Shown: one piece after another, positions 11,631 through 24,061 of the stretch
Layout of the letters: every line of letters begins with the position of its first letter
How positions within the stretch are numbered: the stretch's first letter is position 1
NCBI RefSeq assembly: GCF_001194135.2
Contig: NC_068988.1
Coordinates: 26,862,821-26,909,843 of the forward strand
Origin: Octopus bimaculoides
Lineage: Eukaryota
Reading direction: 5' to 3'
Length of the DNA stretch: 47,023 nt
Notes under the pieces: model-generated
Told to the model about the DNA's origin: nothing
Seen by the model: only the letters and a program-made list of their open reading frames with translations
Databases searched by the model: none
Made by a program: the position numbers and the translations under genes

Positions 11631-11654
11631 CAATTCTTTTTAATCAGATGCAAT

Positions 11655-11817
11655 GGCAGCAATTTTGTGGAGAGGGGTAATAGCCAATTAAACCGATCCT
11701 AGTAGTTGTAGTTGACTGGTGCTTTTAGTAATCCCAAACAGATGCAAGGCAAGCTGACTGCAGCATGATTTGAACACGGAATGTAAAGAGCTGGAAGCGC
11801 AAGGTACTTTGTCTGAC
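11655..11817 (-). mobile_element. SINE family B, copy 3 of cluster (strongly diverged)
   Basis: gcaattttgtggagagggg...caaggcaagctgac...atttgaacacggaatgtaaagag. Confidence 0.5.
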
Positions 11818-12017
11818 AGAAAAACCGTTAGCACGCCGGGCAAAATGCTTTGCGGCATGGCGTGGTTTCAGTTCAAATTCCGCCAAGGTAGACTTTGCCT
11901 TTCATCCTTTCTGTGTCGATAAAATAAGTACAAGTTGAGCATTGTGATCGATGTAGTCGTTCTTACACCCACCCCACCCCCACGAAATTGCTGGCCTTGT
12001 ACCAAAATTTGAAACCA
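11818..12017 (+). mobile_element. SINE family B, copy 4 of cluster (inverted relative to copies 1-3)
   Basis: gttagcacgccgggcaaaatgctt...gttcaaattccgccaaggtagactttgcctttcatcc; matches 43042-43250. Confidence 0.85.
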
Positions 12018-13035
12018 ATAATAATAATAATGACTTCTTTTACAAATGATATTTAAAATGTATAAATTTACAAAAAATATTCTCAAAAGCAGTAATTTTT
12101 AATTTAATCATTTCTAACAATGCCACAAAATCCCAAATTTAGAGAAGTATTATAGTCAATATAAACACTGTTATTACGAGGTTGTTATTTTGTCAACGCA
12201 GGAAAAATTAATAACGAAGTTGAACCAGATAACATTTAAACTCAGTATAAAAGGCAATGTTACTAAGTATTACTAAGCATTAATCTATCCCTCTACAATT
12301 TCTTACACACAAAACAAGAAGTATTCCAGTTATTATCGTCATATGTATAAAGCAATATCTTTTAATACTTTGTAAAATAATATAATTTTTTACAATAATA
12401 AATGCAATATATTCTACAAGAATCAAACAAAAGGCTGCACATTATATCATCTGCTGTTTTTGTTCATTTGCATATGAGATTTTAAAATTTCAACGTTGCC
12501 AGAAAGGATTCTTAAAGTCGAAAGTTGAGCGTGATAATTATACCGTATGATTAGCAATTATAAACGCAATCAGAATTTAACAATTCACATAAGACATAGT
12601 GTTTTCAAACAAAGGATACTTCTAAATAAACCTAAGAATAATTAAAAGATAAGCAATCATACTTTCCTGATTTTATACACCGTAAATAAATAAAATTAAT
12701 AATACGTAACAAGAATTTTAATTAATATATTCTGAATACACACTTGCAAGTGTTCTTCTTCTTGCTGCTGCGGTTGCTGTTTAACCCAGCATCATACTAT
12801 TCAAGCAAACTTTGGTCACATATATTCCGGTCTCGACCTTCACGTCTTTTTGTATATCTAGATCTATCCAGTATATTTTTCTCTTTGTTCCGATCTAATG
12901 GATATTTTTATGCCATTTCAAGCAAGCAAATCAAGCAAGCGTGAAAAGAATCACACGCTGAAAAGATGCGATTCATATAGCTTTGCTATTATTAACAAGC
13001 TCAAACCTACAGCTCTAGTTGCAATGAAATAATAT

Positions 13036-13057
13036 ACAGACAGACAGACAGACAGAC

Positions 13058-13120
<63 letters not shown>

Positions 13121-13125
13121 CAGAC
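13036..13125. repeat. (GACA)n(GATA)n microsatellite
   Basis: Direct reading. Confidence 0.95.
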
Positions 13126-13558
13126 AAATACGCACTCAAAAACGTACACTTAAAACACTTATAAAAGCTAGTAAAGAGTGAAAACTATTGATCCGAGAAA
13201 TAATGAAAACAAATAGTCTCGTGACACAAGCATAGTAACGCGATTCAAAGGTGACAACCTTACTGTTATTNNNNNNNNNNNNNNNNNNNNNNNNNNNNNN
13301 NNNNNNNNNNNNNNNNNNNNNNNNNNNNNNNNNNNNNNNNNNNNNNNNNNNNNNNNNNNNNNNNNNNNNNNNNNNNNNNNNNNNNNNNNNNNNNNNNNNN
13401 NNNNNNNNNNNNNNNNNNNNNNNNNNNNNNNNNNNNNNNNNNNNNNNNNNNNNNNNNNNNNNNNNNNNNNNNNNNNNNNNNNNNNNNNNNNNNNNNNNNN
13501 NNNNNNNNNNNNNNNNNNNNNNNNNNNNNNNNNNNNNNNNNNNNNNNNNNNNNNNNNN

Positions 13559-13589
<31 letters not shown>

Positions 13590-13743
13590 TATGGATACAT
13601 ACATATGTGTATGTACATATATATGCGCATGTACTTATATATACACATATGCGTATGTATTTGTATATCTATACTTACACATACATACATATATACATAC
13701 GTATATATATATATGTGTGTGTGAAAGAGAGAGNNNNNNNNNN

Positions 13744-13808
<65 letters not shown>

Positions 13809-13911
13809 AAGAAGATATGGAAATATATACGTATATGTACATATATGAATATGTTCAGATATACAAAAATATAGGCATGTATATATGCGTATGTAGATAG
13901 AAAGATAGTTG

Positions 13912-13990
<79 letters not shown>
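13559..13990. repeat. Compound (TA)n, (GA)n and (GATA)n microsatellite block
   Basis: Direct reading. Confidence 0.9.
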
Positions 13991-14104
13991 TTGAGCGTTT
14001 GCATTTATGATTAGTTGTAATAGAAAAAAATTAGACATTATAGGGTCACTCCGTACTATGCATAGTATTGACTTCGAAGTCCCTGTCAATACTATTCTTG
14101 CTAG

Positions 14105-14204
14105 AGGAGTGGGTGTGTGGTAAGTAGCTTGCTAACCAACCTCATGGCTCCGGTTTCAGACCCACTGCGTGGCACCTTGGGCAAGTGTCTTCTACTATAG
14201 CCTC
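14105..14204 (+). mobile_element. tRNA-derived SINE head, family D
   Basis: tgtgtggtaagtagcttgct (A-box-like), ggtttcagacccactgcgtggcaccttgggcaagtgtcttctactatagcc; minus-strand relatives at 31660-31782 and 36432-36513. Confidence 0.75.
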
Positions 14205-14205
14205 T

Positions 14206-14533
14206 TCAGGTCGAGTAGCCCTTCCCGCTCAAAAGGTCTTTGAATAAGGGTTGTTTAAATATATTGAAGAAACACCCATGTTTCCAAAGTTGAATTATCC
14301 AAACCCAAAGAACTCCTCTCAGCACATGGCTATGATGCTCCCCCACTACTTCTGCTCGTGATCAGAGATGCACATATCGTCAGGCACTAAGGGACATGCT
14401 CAACTGGTTAAGGTCAAACAACTGACAAACAAATCTGTGGTATTGAGCAGAATATTTAATGTAGCCCATCTTTATACCAAGAGTAAACAATGTACATGGT
14501 AACACTTCCAATCAGTTACGATGAGAAGCCATA
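14206..14533. mobile_element. Dispersed repeat fragment, probably the 3' region of a LINE
   Basis: Resembles a common octopus repeat (cacatggctatgatgctcccccactac...gatcagagatgcacatatcgtcag) as recalled; single copy in this window, followed by (ATT)n. Confidence 0.4.
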
Positions 14534-14553
14534 AAAGCTACTGCCTAGTACTA

Positions 14554-14567
14554 CATCATCATCATCA

Positions 14568-14661
<94 letters not shown>
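14554..14661. repeat. (CAT)n/(ATT)n microsatellite
   Basis: Direct reading. Confidence 0.95.
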
Positions 14662-14662
<1 letters not shown>

Positions 14663-15707
14663 TGCCATTGAGAGGTTTTTCTTGCCATTTACCTGTAAGA
14701 ATATCTAAGGCAGCAGTTTTAGCAGAGCTTTTATTATTACTATTATTATTACATTGACTACTCTTTCACTTCTCAACTAAACAAAATATGATTCGCTAAG
14801 GTGTTCTTATGAGGTCAAAACATAACTATTGCGTTCACTATTTGTGTTTAAAGAACCGAAGCTCTCCCATCCGTGCTCTGTATATTATACACAAAAGATT
14901 CTATCACCAAGTTTCATTGGACGTTGTCTCTAACAAGTTAGCACTAAAATTTTGCACATCTCCTGGGAGAGTTTTGTTTCCTTTACTTATTGCTTAGATA
15001 ATCTCAGTTGATCGAAGTTTTTCAACTCACCATATTAAATATGTAAGGCCCTACATTATTTATACATTTGTTTATATGTTTATATTTTATATAAATTACA
15101 TCACACACATTTAGAAGAGAAAGATGTGAAGGAATATAATAGACGTCTGAGATTATATTTTTAACATGACCTGAATGCCAAAAATAAGATGTGTAGCGCT
15201 AGAAAATAGTCAAGTAATAAATTATATGTATAATAGATTCTACTGAAAATATAGTGAATTAGTGCTGGTAAATAGGATGAAAAACAGGCCAACTAGAGAT
15301 TGTATTTAAAATGAACAACGAAAAATCTTACATATATTTTTACACCGAATACAGGAAAATAGATTTATTCTGCAATTAGAATAGTATTATCTGAGAGCTT
15401 CGGTAGGATTTCAAAAATGTTTGATATAGGCAAATCACTCAGATATTATTAAGAAAGAATATTTTTTTTCTGTTAGACATTTCGCGGCAGTCTACTTCCT
15501 GTCTGTAAAAGAATTACAGACATTTTCCAAACTAATAAACGCCGTTATAATAGATGTATTAAGAAAGACATAAAAAGACACGAGAATACGACTGAGATTC
15601 CAGCACTTAAACATACTCAAAACATGGAAAACATAACACTGCTAGTCGATGCATATACATACACACACACACATACATACACACATGCACACACACACAC
15701 ACTGTTT

Positions 15708-15741
<34 letters not shown>

Positions 15742-15854
15742 CGTGTGCGTATTACGTAGAGAACGATCAATACGATAATAAAAGATGCGCAGACAGAAAT
15801 TCATGGAGTTAGAATCTGTTATGCAGTTCAGGCACCAGTTACGTAATGCAGCAA

Positions 15855-16616
15855 TGATGGTGGTGATGGTGGTGGTGGTGGTGGTGGTGGAGGCAGTGGT
15901 GGTGGTGGAGGCAGTGGTGGTGGTGGAGGCAGTGGTGGTGGTGGAGGCAGTGGTGGNNNNNNNNNNNNNNNNNNNNNNNNNNNNNNNNNNNNNNNNNNNN
16001 NNNNNNNNNNNNNNNNNNNNNNNNNNNNNNNNNNNNNNNNNNNNNNNNNNNNNNNNNNNNNNNNNNNNNNNNNNNNNNNNNNNNNNNNNNNNNNNNNNNN
16101 NNNNNNNNNNNNNNNNNNNNNNNNNNNNNNNNNNNNNNNNNNNNNNNNNNNNNNNNNNNNNNNNNNNNNNNNNNNNNNNNNNNNNNNNNNNNNNNNNNNN
16201 NNNNNNNNNNNNNNNNNNNNNNNNNNNNNNNNNNNNNNNNNNNNNNNNGTGTTGGTGGTGGTTTTGGTGGTGGTACTGGTGGTGCTGGTGGTGCTGGTTG
16301 TGATGGTGGTGGTGATGATGGTAATGATAGCTTCGGAGTAGTGGTTATCTTCTCCATGATGGTAATGGTGGTGGTGGTGGTGGTGGTGGCGGTGGTGGTG
16401 GTGAGGGATGGTTTTAGTGGCGATGATGATGATAACGATCGTGGTGGTGGGGGGGATGATGATCGTGTCTATGATGACGACGACAACGACGATGATGGTG
16501 ATGACGATGACGATGACGACAACGACAACTACAACGATAACAACGACGGCCATGACCACCACCACCACCACCACCACAACCACCACAACCACCACCACTA
16601 CCACCATCACCACCAG
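15855..16616. repeat. GGT/GAT/GAC/CAC trinucleotide low-complexity block spanning a gap; includes the 18-bp unit gtggtggtggtggaggca
   Basis: Direct reading. Confidence 0.9.
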
Positions 16617-17704
16617 ACGTGGGTGGAAGATATGGAAGCGCATGCAGTCAAAGATATAACAGCGAATTCCTGAGATGTCGTAAAACACAATATATCCAAA
16701 TCTTGTCGGATTACTGGTGTGGTAATCTCAGCAGCAAAGAAGATTGAAAGGTTTACGAAATATTATGGCTGCGAGATAGATATATCATTGATGTTGGAAT
16801 CCACTCACTAAAACAGTTACAACACGGAGATATCGGAAGTAATGGAGCGTTGAGGTGTAGTGGAGCTTGGTGGCTTGATTCAGCACACATTCCAAAATAA
16901 TCATGGTAAACATTCTTTATATGAGCTGCAGAAGATAGATCTGCTTTGGACGCGACAATATTCTGCTGAAAATAATATCTATCTTCTTTTGTTTTTTTGT
17001 GGATTTTTTTTTTTGTGGAGTTTTGTTTTTTTTTTTGTTGTTTTTTTTTACATGCTTCTAATCACAATCTGGACCATCTTTCAATTATGTATATATTATT
17101 AATGGCCTCAGATCTGAATATGTCTACAATAACCAGAACACTGCAACGATAATAGTAACGAGGAGGAGGGAGAGGAGGAGGAGGACGACGACGACAANNN
17201 NNNNNNNNNNNNNNNNNNNNNNNNNNNNNNNNNNNNNNNNNNNNNNNNNNNNNNNNNNNNNNNNNNNNNNNNNNNNNNNNNNNNNNNNNNNNNNNNNNNN
17301 NNNNNNNNNNNNNNNNNNNNNNNNNNNNNNNNNNNNNNNNNNNNNNNNNNNNNNNNNNNNNNNNNNNNNNNNNNNNNNNNNNNNNNNNNNNNNNNNNNNN
17401 NNNNNNNNNNNNNNNNNNNNNNNNNNNNNNNNNNNNNNNNNNNNNNNNNNNNNNNNNNNNNNNNNNNNNNNNNNNNNNNNNNNNNNNNNNNNNNNNNNNN
17501 NNCGGTGGTGGTGGTGGTGGTGATGCTGGTGCTGATGGTGGTGGTGGTAGCGGTGGTGGTGGTGGTGGTAGTGGTCGTGGTCGTGGTAGGTAGATAGCTG
17601 AAAAGAACGAATAGCATGGTACCGTTGGCTGTAGGTAGTAAGCTCGCTATGCATGCAAGACTCCAGGAGCTCCAACAAAACCTGTGATAAAGAGATAACA
17701 CGAT

Positions 17705-18950
17705 AATATTTAAAGGGTACAACACAAAAAATCTCCGCTGCATGGATGATTTGAAGATGTATGGCAAGGATAAGGTACAAGTGAGTTCCTTAGAGAATGT
17801 GGTCAAAATTTTGGAGCTGATATTGAGATGGAATTCAGACTCAAGAAGTGTGTTATAATGAACCTGAAAACAGGTAAGATACAGTCCCTAACAAGGATAG
17901 AATTACCAAATTGAGAAGTGATGAAAAAAATTGATATGAAAGGTTTTAAGTACCTTGACATACTAGAGTCCAATGAAATCATGGAGAATAAATTGAAAGA
18001 ACAGTTGAGGAAAGAATATTTCCGAAGACTAAGACTGGTGCTGCGCTCAAAATTTACTAGATGAATAATATCCAAACAGTAAATATAAGGGTGACGATAT
18101 CACTTCGGTATGAAGCTGGAATCATGAAGTGGCAGAAGTTTGATCTGTTGTCAGGATTGTGTCGAAGCAGAAGAAAACAGTTTAGGGTGGTATGTAAAAA
18201 ATACCGTGAACGGTTGTTGATACATGGGAAGGAGTTGGGCATTATCGAAATTGATAATTTTGTTAAGAGAAATTTAAAGAAGAAAAGAGAACAAAAAAAG
18301 AAAAAGAAATGACATGGAAAGAGAAAAATGTAGTTTGCAGGAGATACAAGTTTCAAGACGGATAAAGAAGACCGGTGGTTATGGAAGCGGAGGAGTGACC
18401 TGAAAATAGAAATAGAAACACTTACATGCGTGGTACAAGAACCAGCATTGAGAACAAGCTATGTGAAAGGCAGATTTGATAACTGAGAACGACAAACGCA
18501 GAATGTGTGGTGAGAGGGTTGAAACAGTATGGCGCATTGTTAATGAATGCCCTAAATTGGCACAACGCGAATACAGAAGGCATTGTCGTGTCTTCTCAAA
18601 AATGATCCATTGGGAACTCTAGAAATTTCGGCCTAAAAAATCAAAGGCTTGGTATGATCAAATCCCAGAGGTCGTTACTGAGAATGAAAATTGCAAAATC
18701 CTTAGGGATGTAACGGTTCAGAGTAACTATCAGATTAGACATCAGAAATCTGACAGTGTTGTGGTGAATAAAAAAGATAAACCATGTCTGAAAATCGACC
18801 TAGCATGTCCTGCTGACAAACAGGATCGGAGAGAAAGAAGAAGAAAAATTAACAACTATGATGAATTGAAATAGGGAATACGAAGGTTGCAGCTTTTATT
18901 CCTACGATTTATACTCTGCGGCATTAGGCAGTGAGTAAGCGTATGGTACA
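17705..18950 (+). mobile_element. R4/Dong-type RLE non-LTR retrotransposon remnant (RT C-terminal half, zinc knuckle and restriction-like endonuclease); frameshifted pseudogene
   Basis: Manual translation across frames gives CMDDLKMYGK (17742), ADIEMEFRLKKC, FKYLDILE, KEYFRRLRLVLRSK, SLRYEAG, DLKIEIETL, RRMCGERVETVWRIVNEC (18497-18550), ENENCKIL, KSDSVVV-x9-IDLACP (18749-18810) and EEEKINNYDEL. Confidence 0.92.
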
Positions 18951-19149
18951 TTAACTGCCTCTTCCTCTGATTATCAATCTTAAAGACTAAACAAAGGCTT
19001 CCATGTCGCCTATTCCGATCATGAAATCACACTTCAGGATGGCACACATCCTGCCACAAGTCAGCCAGGGCCAACTTTAAATCCTGTTTCGTTTACGTTT
19101 GACATTTATCTCCCTATTAACTACAACAGAGAAGGACGTGGAAAGGATG

Positions 19150-19335
19150 TTCGTAGTGGTGGTCGTCATAGAGGTAGCCCTCGTAGTGGTTGTGATCGTA
19201 GTGGTCGTGGTGGTCGTGGTCGTGGTGGCCATCGTTATCTTCGCCATCGTCATCTTCGCCATCGTCATCTTCGCCATCGTCATCTTCGCCATCGTAATGG
19301 TGATGGTAATGACGTTGGTGGTGGTAGTAGTATTA
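19150..19335. repeat. GTG/GTC low-complexity repeat containing four copies of the 15-bp unit atcgtcatcttcgcc (19231-19290)
   Basis: Direct reading. Confidence 0.9.
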
Positions 19336-21924
19336 GCCATGCTGCTTATTCCACTCAAATTAATGTTTTCAATATTAATTTATTTTGTATTTTCCATTGT
19401 ACAACTACAAGTGTTTATGCTTGAAGCTCTGTTCGTCTGTTTAATTTTTACATTGTTTCTCCGTCTAATTCTGCTTTCATGTTTGAAAATAATTGGGTAT
19501 GTGTTTGCATTGTTGAGACCAATGCCACCAGCACTATGGCCAGCCTATTTTCACTCTACTTCTGAACTTGTCATATTAGCAAACTTATATCTCTTTCTCA
19601 TACTGACGTTCAAACTCATCTAGACGTTCAAATATTCCGAAACATTTTGCCGATGCCTGACGTGTTACTAACTTAAAGATCACTGCCGCCGCCATAACTG
19701 CTGTTCACGTCTAGGTCCTCCGACATGTCATCCGAGTGAAGGAGAATAGCGCTTGCCACTAAATCTATCTCTTTCCTATGTAATACTTCTACTCCACTCC
19801 AACAGGATCGGTCGAAAGAATCGTAAACGACATAAATGGACACAAGGTGGATGAGTGTGCGCTTCTGCCATTGGCTAGCTTATAGCTATGACATATTCAC
19901 GTGGGAACTGCTTAAACACCAACAATAGCTCATGTGCATTTATACAGCCTATTCTTATTAAAGGTCCGTTAGAAAGAAAAGAAACTAAACAGAAATGTGC
20001 TCTTGAGGCAATCGTTTTCAGGACCGGACTCCATCATTGGCCTTTTCATAGCATTCTTATCTCCGATTCTCTGAACCTTCCGCGTCACGTGAGAAAAGGT
20101 TTGTCAAAATTGAATATTCTGATGTAGTTCTTACTAGACGTCTCCCTTTTGATACGTTTATGACAGAGAACACCTCAAATTAATCAAATGTCTTAAATAT
20201 TTCGTCCGTGTCTATTTCTACAAATGTTCCCAACTCCTTGTTCCTTTTTCTGGTATGGCATATTTGAGAAATTTATCAGTGCAATACTGTTCCCATGGTT
20301 ATAGACCTTGCAAAATTTATACCTACTATTCCAGTAGCTGTTGCTGTGTCATTTAGTGCTCTTGTTGTTGTTGTTGTTGTTACTGTTGTTTTTCTGCTTA
20401 GACACACACGTATATATGTGATTTTTTTTCTATTTTTATTTTTGTATTTTTATCTTTTTTTATGTGTGTTTGTGAGTGTGTGTGTACGCGTGTGTATGTG
20501 TGTGTCTGTGTGTGTGTACGTATCAAAACATGAGACGGGAAGACATTTCGGTATTATTTATCCACCATTACATATGTTTCATTTACTAGTAGGGGGTAGA
20601 AAACGTACATGTAGAGGAAACATGTAAGACTTGTATTAGAAATTAATCAGATAGAAAATCAAATATTATTTGATATACACACAGACGCACGCACACACGC
20701 ATGCACNNNNNNNNNNNNNNNNNNNNNNNNNNNNNNNNNNNNNNNNNNNNNNNNNNNNNNNNNNNNNNNNNNNNNNNNNNNNNNNNNNNNNNNNNNNNNN
20801 NNNNNNNNNNNNNNNNNNNNNNNNNNNNNNNNNNNNNNNNNNNNNNNNNNNNNNNNNNNNNNNNNNNNNNNNNNNNNNNNNNNNNNNNNNNNNNNNNNNN
20901 NNNNNNNNNNNNNNNNNNNNNNNNNNNNNNNNNNNNNNNNNNNNNNNNNNNNNNNNNNNNNNNNNNNNNNNNNNNNNNNNNNNNNNNNNNNNNNNNNNNN
21001 NNNNNNNNNNNNNNNNNNNNNNNNNNNNNNNNNNNNNNNNNNNNNNNNNNNNNNNNNNNNNNNNNNNNNNNNNNNNNNNNNNNNNNNNNNNNNNNNNNNN
21101 NNNNNNNNNNNNNNNNNNNNNNNNNNNNNNNNNNNNNNNNNNNNNNNNNNNNNNNNNNNNNNNNNNNNNNNNNNNNNNNNNNNNNNATATATAATACACA
21201 CACACTCATACATACACACATACACTCACACACACACACACACACCAGTGTCCGTATACAATTATATTGCTACTCTATTCGTATGTGAAAGTATGCAAAG
21301 CATTGCTTGCAGAATATATCTCAGAATATATCCATACGGTATTTATGTCACAGGAATCACTGTTCGATTGTAACGTATTGCAGAGAACACATTGCTCCTG
21401 AATTTAAATCAGGCTAAATATGAGGAAAATGGGTCCGGAATCAATATATAAGTCATCATTAATTTGTTTTAGAAATTATTGCGGCTACTTCACCGTGACT
21501 TTAATGGAAACCATTTTAGGTAGAATGAGAAAATACAGCTAAAGAACTCAAATAGGATTACATGGGATTGCTAATGCTCCAATATGTATGCAATAAGTTT
21601 CTAGTAAGCCGTAATAATCCGCACAGCTACAAATAATGAAGAAAGCTTAAAGATAATCTTTTCTTTCATGCTTGTCTGAATTTTATGAATAAAATAGGTT
21701 AAACTCTAATGAACGCCAATCGGATTTTCGCTTCTAGCAATATAGCATGTATTCGTCTGTTTGAGGATTTATCGAATTTTTTTTTTTTTTTTCTGAAAGG
21801 ATAGTTGCTTTTCGGCTAAAATAAGGTGTTCGAGTAAAGACTGAGGTAAACATAGCGATTATGATTTCAATTCCTCTCCAACTCTGGAATAAATCAGGCC
21901 CACATATTAGCTATTGCATTTCTT

Positions 21925-22162
21925 AATAACGTAAGATATTCGGCGTTCACGTAGGTGTAGTCATGGCAGTGTGTTTAAGAAACTCGGGTCGCATCCATGT
22001 AGTTTGGAGCTCAGTGTTCAGTCGCACTGTGCAGATATCTTCTTCTATTGCGCTGAACTTACCAATGCATTGCGGTTCTTGAGATATCTTGTCCACGGAC
22101 AAGCAAACAACCAAACACGACTGAAAGCAAAACCTCCGCATTCGCTAAGGCGGAGGTAATAA
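21925..22162 (-). mobile_element. Non-autonomous element of HINE/DINE-1-like architecture (terminal hairpin followed by a GTYT-type microsatellite)
   Basis: Perfect 8-bp stem ACCTCCGC(22132-39)/GCGGAGGT(22150-57), followed on the minus strand by ttcagtcgtgtttggttgtttgcttgtccgtggacaagatatctcaagaac; the far boundary is approximate. Confidence 0.5.
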
Positions 22163-22419
22163 TGAACGGCAAAATCATACTCAGATTGAAAGGAACAAAA
22201 CTAGCTCAATACTTTTTATGCTTGCCATTATTATTTTGACACAAGAATGCAAATTTTGTAGAAGAGCACAGATTATTTAAACAAATCCAATCGCTAATTC
22301 AAAGGACATTGGCGCGTGAAAGGATCAATCAGCTACGTCAAGAGTTGAGCACAAACACAAACACAAACACAAACAATTACTGGTGTTAATAAAAAATTTG
22401 ATAAGTTGTGTGGTATTTA

Positions 22420-22667
22420 TTGGGTTGGTGCATAATTGTGGCTTTTATTCAACAAATTTTATTCAACAAAAACAATAACAATATTTAACAAAAACATCTT
22501 TAAATGACGATCTGACCGTCTGCCAAGCAAATGGGAAGCAGTAATTGAAGTAGATGGTGAATATGCTCCGGAATAATCATTTAAAGATGTTTTTCTTACG
22601 TGTTGTTATTGTTTCTGGTGAATAAAATTTGTTGAAAAAAGTCCGCAATAATTATGCACCAACTCAA
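22420..22667 (+). mobile_element. Mariner-derived MITE with ~88-bp imperfect TIRs and TA target-site duplication
   Basis: TA|TTGGGTTGGTGCATAATT ... ATTATGCACCAACTCAA|TA; TIRs at 22420-22507 and 22577-22667; the core encodes DRLPSKWEAVIEVDGEYAPE* (22514-22576), like a mariner transposase C-terminus. Confidence 0.88.
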
Positions 22668-22916
22668 TAATTCATTTAGAACATTATCATAATCATATCA
22701 TTGTGTTATGGTCAGCTGACAGAATCGTTTGCACGTCAGACAAAATGCATAGTGGTATTTGTTCCGACTCGTTTTCCACTATTGTATCTATTGTAAAAAT
22801 ACAATATACACAAGTAACATTTCCTGATCTTGGTACAACATTTTTAGGTTAATGATCACTTTGTACATCTTTGTGATTTCATTTTGTGAATCACTGCTTA
22901 CAAACACACATGCACA

Positions 22917-23030
<114 letters not shown>

Positions 23031-23314
23031 GACTCAGACACGTATACATAGGTGTAAATACAACGTCTGTTTATAACACGAATTAAGAAAAATATTTAGC
23101 TGCCTTTTTAGCTGGTTAGAATAAAAGAGACAGTATACATCACATTTACACCTTCCTAAACAGGTAAGATTGATCGATGTGTTGATTTTCAGTCTATACA
23201 TCACCAGAAAAGAAAACGTTGTGCGAACGAAGGTTTGAACCTGTTGTGATTGCATACTATCTCGAATAAGACACCGTATGGAAGGTGAAAAGAGAAGAAA
23301 TGTGTGAGTTAAAA

Positions 23315-23476
23315 CAAGGTATTTGTAATAACTCGCTTTTTGTCTGTTTGTCTGTGTTTTGCAAAATTACTGGAAAACGGCTGAACAGATTTTCACCTAA
23401 TTTGCTAGAAATATTCATTGGCTGAGTTGTTGAAAATGATTAAAAATTTGATCTGGTCATCTCCAAACATACATAA

Positions 23477-23509
<33 letters not shown>

Positions 23510-23519
23510 NNNNNNNNNN

Positions 23520-23556
<37 letters not shown>

Positions 23557-23705
23557 GTGTGTGTACAGTGATGGATTCGAGGGTTTCGTTTATTTACGAG
23601 TTGATTTCTTAATTTCACCGGAATATAAATACCTTTAATGGTGATACTTAAAAAAAAAACATGATCTGCGCGCAGGGTATGCATCGCCCCTCCGATGCCT
23701 TTTTT
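23315..23705 (+). mobile_element. Degenerate HINE-like element with an internal (GT)n
   Basis: tgtctgtttgtctgtg...caaaattactggaaaacggctgaacagattttcacctaatttg body and a gcagggtatgcatcgcccctccgatgcct end; classification from recalled architecture. Confidence 0.4.
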
Positions 23706-24061
23706 CCTTTTTTTTCATTATCATTTAACCACAGGCTTAGTTGATTGAGTGAACTTATGATCAAAAGTGATATGTTCGTGCCCAGTGTATTTTCCCTATA
23801 CGGAAATACTGCAAGACTACATTGTCCAAAGTGTCGTTCTTAACATGTTATTGAGGGAAACTTGACTTAATGAGAAGAAAGAGGATACCATATATACCAG
23901 CTAATAATTGACTTCCAAAGCACTCCTTACAAGTTTGGGTCCCTGTCTTATGTTACAGTGATAGCCCTATCTTGTCTTGTATATACCCACTAACAAACAG
24001 TGGTGCAATCAATAAAACGTGTAGTCTGTATAGATGTTCAAATTGGGTTATGTTTTTATAT

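Noticed and set aside
15785-16688. His-, Pro- and Asp-rich ORFs resembling histidine-rich or proline-rich proteins
   Set aside because: All six frames are similarly open over GGT/CAC/GAT repeats, with no start context or splice structure
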